Assembly (NCBI GenBank): GCA_002269645.1 | Contig: NIVC01000042.1 | Span: 1 to 64,000, forward strand | Source: Macrostomum lignano | Lineage: Eukaryota | DNA: 64,000 nt | Direction of reading: 5' to 3' | Shown: positions 11,178 to 21,859 of the stretch, piece by piece | Layout of the letters: every line of letters starts with the position of its first letter | Position numbering within the stretch: position 1 is the stretch's first letter | Notes under the pieces: generated by a model | Seen by the model: the letters and a program-made list of their open reading frames with translations, nothing else | Told to the model about the DNA's origin: nothing | The model's database searches: none | Translations under genes and position numbers: made by a program

Positions 11178-14100
11178 GGTCGTCCGAGCAAGCGACTTAA
11201 AGTGTGCATTAATGGGCGCACTGTATATCTGCAGAGCATCAGAAAGCAATCTATAATTAGCGCCCTACCTCTTGCGCAGTCGCAACTCTCTGTTCCTAAT
11301 GCTACACGTGATGGTCCTTCCAGTCAGTCTGAATTTAGTCAGGATCCGACTTCTGAAATCCGTGAAGACTGCGACTGGGAGGCTCTGAATCCGAATTCAG
11401 AGCCAGACGTATTGGCGGCATTTATGCACTTCTTTAAGGATGGACGTGGACGGTGTGCTGAATGTTCGCAGGATGCCAACGTATACTGCCCACAGTGTGC
11501 GGATTATTTCTGCTCTGTTTGTGTTGACACTCGTCATCTTGGCCTTGTGCACACCATTCTTAAAGTAAGCCTTAATTTATGTTAAACGCTCTGACCACTT
11601 ATAGGAACGAGGGATGCAGAATGCGGAAAAATATACTTCTTATTTAGTGGCACATATCAGTTTTATCGTCAAGCTAATTACAATTCATCTACGGGCTATG
11701 CATAAAAGTAAGCAGGGTCTTATCCTTTAATGTCTATTTAAGGATGGAACTCCTCTAAATCAAGCTGTGACCCTAGCGTGCGGCTGCTCCGATGAAGCGG
11801 TGTTTGGAGACGTTCAGATTGTCGACGCCTATGGAGGTGAGATTGTAAAATCTATTTATACTTTTGTTATTACATTTTTGTTAGACCGAGCTCAAATCAA
11901 TGAACCAGTCACCTCTTAATTAATACAATTTAGGGTACCATACAGCCTGCTTGAAGTCTTGCACACTGCAGCACTATCGATCATTCCTTGTCAGCCGTGG
12001 TTTCTTTCCTGCTGCACCTACTAGTGCTACATTCATATCTTGTGAACTGCTACTTAACTTGGATTCTATTATGATAAATGGGATCACATCTTTGGACAAA
12101 GCTTGTGCGACTATACAAAATCGCCGATTAGCTTTTGGGCAGCATCCGCAGGTATGCTTGTGCAGTACTTATTGGTAATTGAAAGTAGTGAGTTTTATTT
12201 ATGTTCTCTGCAGTATAATCCGTTATTGTATATACTTAAGGTGTTAGGTTCCCATTATTTGAGATATCATCAGCGTCAATCCGAATTTTTCAGCGAGATC
12301 TCTATTACGATTTGAAACGCTATAACACTATTGGCTACTTTCGACAGTTCATGTCGTCCATTGTAAAGTTTCCAACAAGCTGCGCAATGTGTACGACGGG
12401 CGATTTGGTGAGAGCTTATTCAGATTTTGCAATGTGTGCTATGCTACTTAACTATTTTTAGTATCCTTGAGGTTAATTTTTAATATTCCAACTATCTCAA
12501 ACTATGTGCATAATTGTTTTTCCTTTTCAGGGCCCAATCCTGCACGGAGATGCCCTGATGGGCTGGAAACATCGAGCCTCAGTTGCACCTGGCTTGGCCT
12601 CTGTGCCTATTGGTGATCTTCCTTTTCCGTTTGCGCATGTCGATGTCGCATCTGAAAATATTGCGCCTGCGAGCGGTGCGTGTCCAAACTGGACAGCAGG
12701 CGAAACGTCTCGCATTACTACGAGTTCTAGGAAGCTGGACGTAACAGGCTTTTTCATCGTAGCCTGTCGCCACGGTTTCATTTGGGCCTGCTCTGATGTG
12801 CGCACTCCCGGAGAGCAGTAAGACTTTTTATTCGACTCATGCATTTATTTTTCATTTTTGCTCCGTTGTCCTTATTTAAAAATGAAACTTGGCAACACAT
12901 CTTTAGGCTTGTCTACCCTGTCAAGCTCCTTAAAGCCGCTGTGCAGCGCATCGGTGTACCAGAAGAAGCTGTGACATTTGTCTATGATGTCGCATGCAAA
13001 CTCGGCAACAAAGTCACTTCGAAGTTGGCCGTACCAGTTTTTCATGCATACGGTCACGAGTCTAAGTGTCGCGTGAGTCTTTACCATTTTACTCATAGCA
13101 TTTTGTGGGCATTATTTTGTGTTCATAGCTTTAATCAGCCCCAAATAATTTAAAAGAGCTTTTCATGTTAGTCGGTGTTGTCATTTTGCGGGCTTCTCAG
13201 TTTAGTTCTGAATAAATTTTTAATAAATTTTTTCCTCTCAGCTCAACAACTCCATCCGCGTCGTGTCTGGCACTGGTATCACAGACGGAGAAATCTGCGA
13301 GCGCATATTCTCCTTTCTGCGTCCTTTCGGGCGAATCTTGAAAGAAATGCGCATTGACCGTCGTACACGGCTTGTCTCACACATTATTAACATGTATCAT
13401 CTGCGTCTTAACCCGGGTGCGCATCAAGCTTTCAGTCAAAATAAGAATAGCTGATTTTTCATAAGGTTTTAAGTTTCTAGCTAACATTCACATTTTATTA
13501 CTGTAGATGCATGGATAAAGTCACGACAGAAGCTTCTGGAGAAGAAGGATCAGCTCGTCATTCAACATGTTAATGAAATAAATCGACTTCAGCCCCGGCA
13601 CGGTAAGTGATTTTTCTTTCAATATCCTCCCATCAGCATACTCGAAAATTCAGTTTTTTCTACCTACGTTTTTTGCATTACAGAGCTTAGTCTTCAACAA
13701 TTAATTTCACTGGGAGAAAAATGGCTTTGCGAAGATGCAATCGCTTCCGCTCTGCGGTCAGGAGATTGGCTCCAAAGCATGCGTCGAATGGTGGTCGAAG
13801 AACGGAAAGTTCTCAAAGAGCTTCATCGAACAATTGGTGTGTAAGCTCCTATTGGAACATAAACATCTTCCTTTGAAAGGAAAGAAATTAAATTTGAATA
13901 CAAAGAGATAGTATAATAGTCCTTTATTGAAGATAAAGGATAGTATTCTTGCTATCCTATTTGAAATCCCCTCAATGACCCACATGACCCCCCTCCCAGC
14001 TGGCGTGACCCTCCAGACCAAAATCTTGCTACGCCACTGACAGGTATGAGATATGAAGTAGCAAAGTAAGAAAACAGTTAATAAAATCACTTGCTCGATT

Positions 14101-14511
14101 GCCCGATAACGTATCAGCTATCTTCACAAGTAGGCCACATTATTTCCATTGCATTTACCAGGCATCCATCAGTATCGACTGCTGTTGCGCAAGGCCAAGA
14201 AGCTGGCACTGGAGATGAATCAACTTCGGTCTCTCAACGGAAACCAGTATTCAATAGCAACGCTTCGAGACACGACTTCGGAAGCATACTCACGATTGGA
14301 CCGCCACGTCAGCCGCCGGTTTCCAATTCCTGTCCAGCTTTTGGTCATTGAGGTTTACATCCTTTCCATTCGTTCTACCGAGGAGCGCCGTCGAGTCAAT
14401 GCTGAGCAGAGCAGCCTGATGACCAAAACCGAAAGCGTTTGTGACTTCCCAGAATACTTCAGTGAAAGCTCCTCTAGCTTCTCTGGTGTATCCGATTCCG
14501 AAGACGAGTAG
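11178..14511 (+). CDS. KDZ transposase, ~680 aa. Exons 11178-11564, 11743-11836, 11934-12151, 12294-12407, 12531-12817, 12907-13072, 13242-13416, 13507-13602, 13684-13836, 14162-14511.
   Basis: B-box-like CAECSQDANVYCPQCADYFCSVCVDTRHLGLVH; CxC-type GYHTACLKSC...RGFFPAAP...ELLL; CAMC; core motifs LHGDA, KLDVTGFFIVACRHG...PGEQ, FVYDVAC, VPVFHAYGHESKC, GTGITDGEICERIFSFL. All ten junctions are phase-consistent (2040 nt) with no internal stop. Confidence 0.88.
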
Positions 14512-17500
14512 GATTTTTCCGATTGTAGCCATGAACTGTGGCAAATGAGAAACTCAATGCAATGACTTTATGAAGTCTAAATTGTTCTAAATTATTTGTA
14601 TGCTCTTGAAGTAAAGTACATGTAATACTAGCGTATGCTTTGTTGTAAATGCAAAGCAAATGCCGTTTTCTGTACCTTAATGCGTGTGTGATTGTACTGC
14701 CACTCATGCATATTTAGTTAAAGTTAGCCTTAGTCCTAGTACTTGTATTTCCTGTAACTTCTGTATTTGAAGTTACATTACTTATATTAGCTTCTGCTTC
14801 GCAAGCAAGTCATACAAATGTATACAAATTTGCGAGTGTGTATAATGTATTTGCTTAAAATTTGATATAGAAGTGTGTTTTGTCAAATACAAATTGTACA
14901 TGTGCGTCACTCTAAATTGATTGGTTTAAGGTTGTACATTAAGCGAGAAAGTTAAATCCTGCTTATTTTTTGCTTGCTTCTTTACTTCGCAATGCTGTTT
15001 CAGGTGAGTAGCTAAATTTTGGGGCTTGAATCGAAACAATCACTCACAGAATTATGGAATCAATCCTGGAATCGATGGAATGTACACCAGCTGCCAGAGA
15101 CAGCAAGAAGCGATGCAAGAGATAAGAGTTGAGCCGATTCAATTGCCTGGGTGGCTCGTCCCGTAACTACGAATGAGTTAAGTTGCCTGCAGTCCGGTGC
15201 AAGGAAAGTGGAAAGAATTGAAGAAATGATTGGCGGAGAGGTGGCTGGGGTTGTGCAGATTGGGCCGGGTCTTTTGGAGGATTAGTGTGGATTTCCGTGA
15301 GGGGTATAAGGGCAAGTTTGCAAAGCTGCCGCTTCGGCGCTATGCGCGCCATTCTGCCGCCGCTTGCGTCGGCTGATAGGGCAATAGTTGAAGTGTCATT
15401 TGGCGCTTGCGGCGCGCTGATAGCTGCATCCGTTATGTTGGACCAGCATGCCAAGTCAAACGTAATAATCGCCTCACTCCATTCAAAGCGATCTATTTTG
15501 TGTTTCAGACTCGGACTTTAATGGACATGGCTTCCACATTATCCCAGAGTGCGGGACGTCAAATCCCGCCAAGATCTGTCCGGATTAAGGGGCATTCAGA
15601 AATCACTTTTGCACCTGGTGGTGCTCCAAATATGCAAGTCTATATAGACAGGCTTAGTTTAGTCCAACTTTGTCAGGCTGCCATTGAAGAACCGCTTGGC
15701 CTAGACAGGTGCGACTTGCGCACTCACTGGTGCACTATATAGTCCAGATTGTCCCGGTTTTAATCTTCAGGTACAGCTTAGTCTTGCATCCTGTAATTTC
15801 CAGCTGTCAATCTACATGTATATGTACATCTACACCTCTTACCCGCCGAAGACGCGTCCACGAAGTCTACCCACAGGGGGTCCCGTGCACACCGGCAACC
15901 AGCCCACCCTACACCCCCCGATCGGTCTTGCGAAATGAGTGGTACCGTTGTGGACGTCAGTGCCTTCGCTAAGGTAACTGAGCGCGGTCTGCATGGCTAG
16001 CAATAGCAGCGGTACATCCTGGCCAAGGACTTCATCACCGACTCCTCTGGTCGTGCAAGCAATAGGCTCCGGTTGAGCCTTGTCTGCCTTCGACTGCAAC
16101 GACTCCGACTGCGACTCACCTCCGGTCTCGCGCCCGCAACCGGCGCTTCCGGCCTCGCCCGCCAGTTTTCTGCGCACTTGGCATCGCCCTCCAAACGCCT
16201 CTTGCGCTAGCCTGCAACCTCGCGCACCATGTATTTCTGACTGTGCTGTCGCACCCGCCAATGCCTGGCCAATCTACACACCTGCCAGTGATACCCCGGG
16301 CATCGAGGCTGCGGTTGGCCAACGCGCTTTAAAATCTAGATTTAAGATTGAGGTTTGCAGATGAGGTTTGATTTCTAGATCTAGAAATCCTAATTTACTG
16401 TATCCACATTCTTCCTACTGGGGATCACAAAATCGTAGAGAGATGGGATTTTTGATGACTCTACACTCGTTGCCCGTGAAGTGACTGAAAATGACAATGA
16501 TTTTCTATCAATGCGATATCCAACAATGCGTCCCGTATTATGCATCTCAAGCAACATTTTATCCTCTGGCATTATTGGAAGGTTGACTGGAATGCATGAT
16601 TTAACTTTTCAATAGGATAGGCTTGCATTATTCGTTGGGACGCTGGGTCTAATGGGATGCGTTCTTTATGTTTTAAAAGGAGTTTTCGGACTGGAAGTGA
16701 CCTGCCCCCTCCTTTTCCTTCGCTTTTGCCCTCTTGTACACTTTTGCCTTCTGCCTATTACACTTAGGAAAGTTTTAATTACCCTTTGAACATTCTTTCC
16801 CTGAGATCAAGGACAACCCAAGTCTGAGACATCTACCCAGTCTACCGTGAGTATCTAAGTCCATCGTAACTGTTTGTCAGTTACTCCTTAGCACTACAAG
16901 GTTCACATACCAGTCCTAAAATATCTTGGGACTACAAGGGTTTTAGTTAACATCTTACACCGCATTATCTTACACCGCTTGTTAGACCATCACGTGTTTG
17001 CATTATTAAATAAATTGTAAGCTTGACACCATCAAGAGATTGACACCATCAGGAACGAAGGTCGTACCCTTTTCTAGATTCATTTGTGCCCATAGGATTA
17101 GGGGCACTGGTCAATAGGTGCCCAGTCGAGATACGGCACAGACCATAAAACGTATATTTCAGTGATTTCACCCGTCCAAATCACGCTTAAGCTCACATCC
17201 TTCACATTCTTACTCTTACAACCCGGTTGGTGAACTGGATGACTGGAGTCTCTTTGTGACGGAGCAATATCCGCAGAATTGAACTCCTTACAATAATAGA
17301 ATCATTATAAAAAGCCAACCCCACCCATCAATAGCAACTTCATGCCCTGTAACAATAACTTTGCATTTCAACAAAATTATGTTACGTGTATTATAGCAAC
17401 TTCTGAGGAAATATCGTTTGATCAAGCCTTATATCGAACTACTCGTACTTTAAATTTTCAAATAGAGCTGCACCGGTTAATTTTTCAGAATCTTTTTCAA

Positions 17501-18719
17501 CGGCATAATTAATTTTCTTGCAGCTCAAATTAAATACATTTATCAGGGGCACAAATTGACCGGAAATTTACATGATTTTACTTTGCACTTTGCCTGTCCC
17601 TAGCCCGATGCGCAATTGTGAGTTAAATCAGGCTCAATATCATTCTTGCTGCAACATCAACAGACAGGCTCACAGTATTGGACCGAACTGAAAAAGCACT
17701 ATCCGGCCTTTTTCGCCGTACAAACAAGAATTTTTATGCTCTAAAGTACGAGTAGATTACTATTACCAGTCCCATCGGGCAAATGACACGCGCAGTTCCT
17801 TCAGTGCCCAACTGTGAGGACAGGCGCGAACTCGGCTCTTCGTTGACTGACTGCAGGCGGCGCGGCCTTCACCCGTGACCATGCAGGTCTCAAGGCATGC
17901 CCCGAGATGCTGCACCAAGGACCTTGACAACTTGCTTTTCTATTCTGTTAAGACTGCAGTTCATTTGGAGAAGTGGACACTTAACACCCAGTGCATCTGT
18001 GCACACGTGGACATGCAGACTATGCATGTTTGATATGGTATGGTACATGTATAGCTCAACAAACGTTGATTTTTAACTTGTCTTATAAAGTGTCTTCTAA
18101 AAGAGAATTTAACCTCTTTTTCGTTTCTCCCAATTTTTTTATTTCCATATACGAATATCCAAGCTGCCGGATCGAGTGAAAAGAAGTGGAAAACAAAAAT
18201 ATCTGAAATAAAGTGAACACATTCTCAAAAGATGGAACAACCGGCCATAAGGAGTAAAATTGCATATCTTGACCTAGAAATGAACTAACAGATTTTATTT
18301 AATAACAATTTGGTGCAGGAAATTGGGGCGCAAGTATAAAGTGCAACACGCACTATAACTACATGCGTCTTGAAAAAATAGCTGCCAAAATGATTGCGAA
18401 ATTCCAGGCACAAAAATAACTGCAGGGATAATTTGCTGTCTTTTGCTGTTTTGCACAAGCGTCTTCAAAATCGACAATCTGAAATTAACAACTGACAACC
18501 AACGTTCTATCGGGTGTGGGGTGTCCAAGAAGGGCCACACTTTGTGCGCAAACTCTGGTCTTAAAAATGATTACTTTCTGCAATTTTTTCAGAATTCATT
18601 AAACTGTCTTCTCCAATACGGGATAACATTTGAAACCTGCTCAATGTGATGTTCCGATCCTGACACCTGGCTTTTAAGATTTATTTAACTGGAACTAAAT
18701 AAATCAAACAAAATAAGCA

Positions 18720-21543
18720 TCAGAAAACCACTTCGACGTCGTCGGTGCTGAACCCAGCCTTTGTACTGGACGTCGAAACAGTGATGGTCGGAATGCCGAC
18801 AGATGGCGTCACAGTGGCCGGTTTCGCTCGCAAAGCGGCTCGATTTGCCCGCACAGCAGTCGGCGGATTCGGCACGATCGGCGGATTCAGCACGGTCGGT
18901 GGATTCGGCACGGTACGCGGATTCAGCACGGTCGGCGGATTCGGCACGATCGGCGGATTCGGCACGGTACGCGGATTCAGCACGGTCGGCGGATTCGGCA
19001 CGATCGGCGGATTCGGCACGGTACGCGGATTCGGCACGGTCGGCGGATTCGGCACGGTACGCGGATTCAGCACGGTCGGCGGATTCGGCACGATCGGCGG
19101 ATTCGGCACGGTCGGCGGATTCGGCACGGTCGGCGGATTCGGCACGGTACGCGGATTCAGCACGGTCGGCGGATTCGGCACGATCGGCGGATTCGGCACG
19201 GTACGCGGATTCAGCACGGTCGGCGGATTCGGCACGATCGGCGGATTCGGCACGGTACGCGGATTCAGCACGGTCGGCGGATTCGGCACGGTCGGCGGAT
19301 TCGGCACGGTACGCGGATTCAGCACGGTCGGCGGATTCGGCACGGTCGGCGGATTCGGCACGGTACGCGGATTCAGCACGGTCGGCGGATTCGGCACGAT
19401 CGGCGGATTTGGCACGGTACGCGGATTCAGCACGGTCGGCGGATTCGGCACGGTACGCGGATTCAGCACGGTCGGCGGATTCGGCACGGTCGGCGGATTC
19501 GGCACGGTCGGCGGATTCGGCACGGTCGGCGGATTCGGCACGGTCGGCGGATTCGGCACGGTCGGCGGATTCGGCACGGTCGGCGGATTCGGCACGATCG
19601 GCGGATTCGGCACGGTCGGCGGATTCGGCACGATCGGCGGATTCGGCACGGTACGCGGATTCAGCACGGTCGGCGGATTCGGCACGGTCGGCGGATTCGG
19701 CACGGTCGGCGGATTCGGCACGGTCGGCGGATTCGGCACGGTCGGCGGATTCGGCACGGTCGGCGGATTCGGCACGGTCGGCGGATTCGGCACGGTCGGC
19801 GGATTCAGCACGGTCGGCGGATTCGGCACAGAAAAATCGAGTGTCATGGATTCACTCTCGTCCTGAGCGTGTTCTGCTGTGCCGCCAGAAGCCTGCACAT
19901 TGTGATCATTGTCTTCCTGACCATTTTCATGCCCTGGAAGGAACACTAGGTCGAGGCGTGTGTCGTATGCTCGACGCAAAGCTAGTCCTTTTAGCTTTGA
20001 TGGGTTGCTTAGATGAGGTCGAAATACCCCCTGAAGTTGGCGATAATTTACTTTCGCACCCATTCCGGCCTTCACTAAAACGGGGCAGGGAGTAAGGAGA
20101 AAGTGTTTTAATTGAATTGTACTTTGCATAAAAGTTTAACATAATTTTTTGCATAAAACTTTAGCTATTAAGAACATTACGAACTTTGCCATAATTTCAG
20201 GATTCGTAATCATGCTGTTTGATCCAGGTACTAAAAATTCATTTTCATTAATTTTCAAAAAATTAAACTAACTGTATGCGGCTCTTGCTTCAGCTCGGAC
20301 TTCTTTTCGCATTTCGTCAACAGTAGGCTTCCTGGTAGACACGCCATTGCCAGAAGGCTCTTGGGATGAGAGCAGTTCAAACTGCTGCAAGGAAAGGCGT
20401 AGAAAATAATTCAGGGTAATTTTACCAAAATTGTACTCTGTAATTCAATACAAAAAACCAAGATTTTATAATAAATATTATGTAATTTAAGGCATCTTAC
20501 CTGGAGAAGGCCATTCGCGTCGTTAGAGTGCAGTAATGGCAGCACTTCGGGTGATGCGCATGATTTTGTGTTCCTGCCATTACGTCGCTTCACAATAAGC
20601 AGCACATGGTGGTCCTTGAAGAGAGACCGAGCCTAAAAATAAAGTTAACATGCTACACGTAAGAAGTCATCGTCCCTCTAGAAATCAGCGGAAGCCTTCA
20701 AAGAAGGAGAAGCCAGGGGAAACACATGGGCGTAGCCAGGATTTCTGATTGGGGGGACGCACGGAAGAGGCGACAATGGGGCGCTAAAATAGCGCCAACT
20801 GGGCGCTAAAATAGCGCCAAATAGGCGCTAAAGGGCGTCAAATCGGCGCCAAAGGGCACTAAATGGGTTCAAAATGAGCACTTAAGCTGCTCCCCAGGGG
20901 CGCGGCCCCCCTTAGCTGCCTTGCCCACCCTCCCGGGCCCCCTCAGCGGCCCCACCCCCCAGGCGATTGGGGGGCCGCGGCCCCCCGCCCCCTGGCTACG
21001 CCACTGGGGGAACATGGGGTGGGAAATTTGACACGCGCCCGCTCCCACTACGACAAGCAACAAATGATCAATGATTTTCAGTGCAGTGTATGCAGTTTGA
21101 TTCATTTTTACTGGCTAAAAAGAAGAAATTTATATGACACTGCAATTTATAACAAACCATTCGATCCAGATCTGCGACAGACGGACCGCTCCTCTGTTCG
21201 TTGGCAATACTTGCGTAATTAGCTTTTTCCTCATCAGTAAGACCATTGTAGTAAGCTTTTAGCCGATTTATGTGTTCCGCTGAGAAATTGCCTAAAGTAA
21301 CGAAAGGAATGATATTAATAAGTTTTACTACGTAGACGTAGATTACGTATCTAATGTTCACTCTCACACACGCACGATGTACATTTAATTTGCGTGACAA
21401 ATGCAATGCAACATTTTCCTGACACAGGCACGCTTATCCTATAGGAAAGCCAAAAAGAGAGAAGGAACCTTACGTGTGCCATGTATCTTATACACCCCAG
21501 ACCAGGCGCTGACCTTACGCTGCTGGAACACCTTCTTCGTCAT
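18720..21543 (-). CDS. Second gene of the KDZ element: HMG-box-like N-terminus plus Pro-rich PNPPTV repeat, ~620 aa. Exons 21543-21474, 21291-21158, 21114-21052, 20632-20501, 20384-20273, 20074-18720.
   Basis: Spliced MTKKVFQQRKVSAWSGVYKIHGTRNFSAEHINRLKAYYNGLTDEEKANYASIANEQR resembles an HMG box (helix-3-like LTDEEKANY). Junction phases are consistent (1866 nt). The 3' end could splice further. Confidence 0.62.
18860..19830. repeat. 18-bp coding minisatellite (CGGCGGATTCGGCACGGT), ~50+ copies
   Basis: In-frame PNPPTV/LNPRTV/PNPPIV repeats on the minus strand; open in three frames. Confidence 0.95.
20725..21006. mobile_element. hAT-like MITE nested in an intron of the KDZ second gene
   Basis: Ends CATGGGCGTAGCCAGG / CCTGGCTACGCCACTG; TSD GGGAAACA / GGGGAACA (7 of 8 match). 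Confidence 0.85.
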
Positions 21544-21859
21544 CTGAAATTGTTTGCAAATATGCTACCAATTTCTAAATAGAGCCGATGGAGTACCATC
21601 ACATAGAGGGTACAAGGTGGGGAAATATAGCATTTTGCAGTCAAGTTTGAACAACAGGCAGTCAAGTTAGACGCTAGTGAAGCCGACCGAGTTAAAAAAG
21701 CAAAAACTACCTATGGTCACAGAAAAAAATCACATTAACTGGCAATCAAGTTAGACAGAAAGCACTCAATCCAGACACCAATTGCTTGTTGAAACCTAAT
21801 ACACGGATGACTTTGAACATTCAACAACCTAGCAATTTCAGACACAAGATCACCACGCG

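Noticed and set aside
9973-11256. Pro/Ser-rich ORFs here and their mirror ORFs at 21735-23472
   Set aside because: By-products of the CCCTCCAT TIR arrays.
13837-13846. Stronger-looking GTAAGC donor at 13841 for transposase exon 9
   Set aside because: It shifts the last exon into a shorter, less protein-like frame. The 13837 donor was preferred but is unverified.
18745-20095. Plus-strand GGFGTV and SADSAR repeat ORFs
   Set aside because: Only the minus frame connects to unique spliced coding sequence.
20181-20230. Possible extra small exon (IPGSNSMITNPEIMAKF) in the HMG-like gene
   Set aside because: Including it puts the next exon out of phase (immediate TGA); skipping it keeps the frame.
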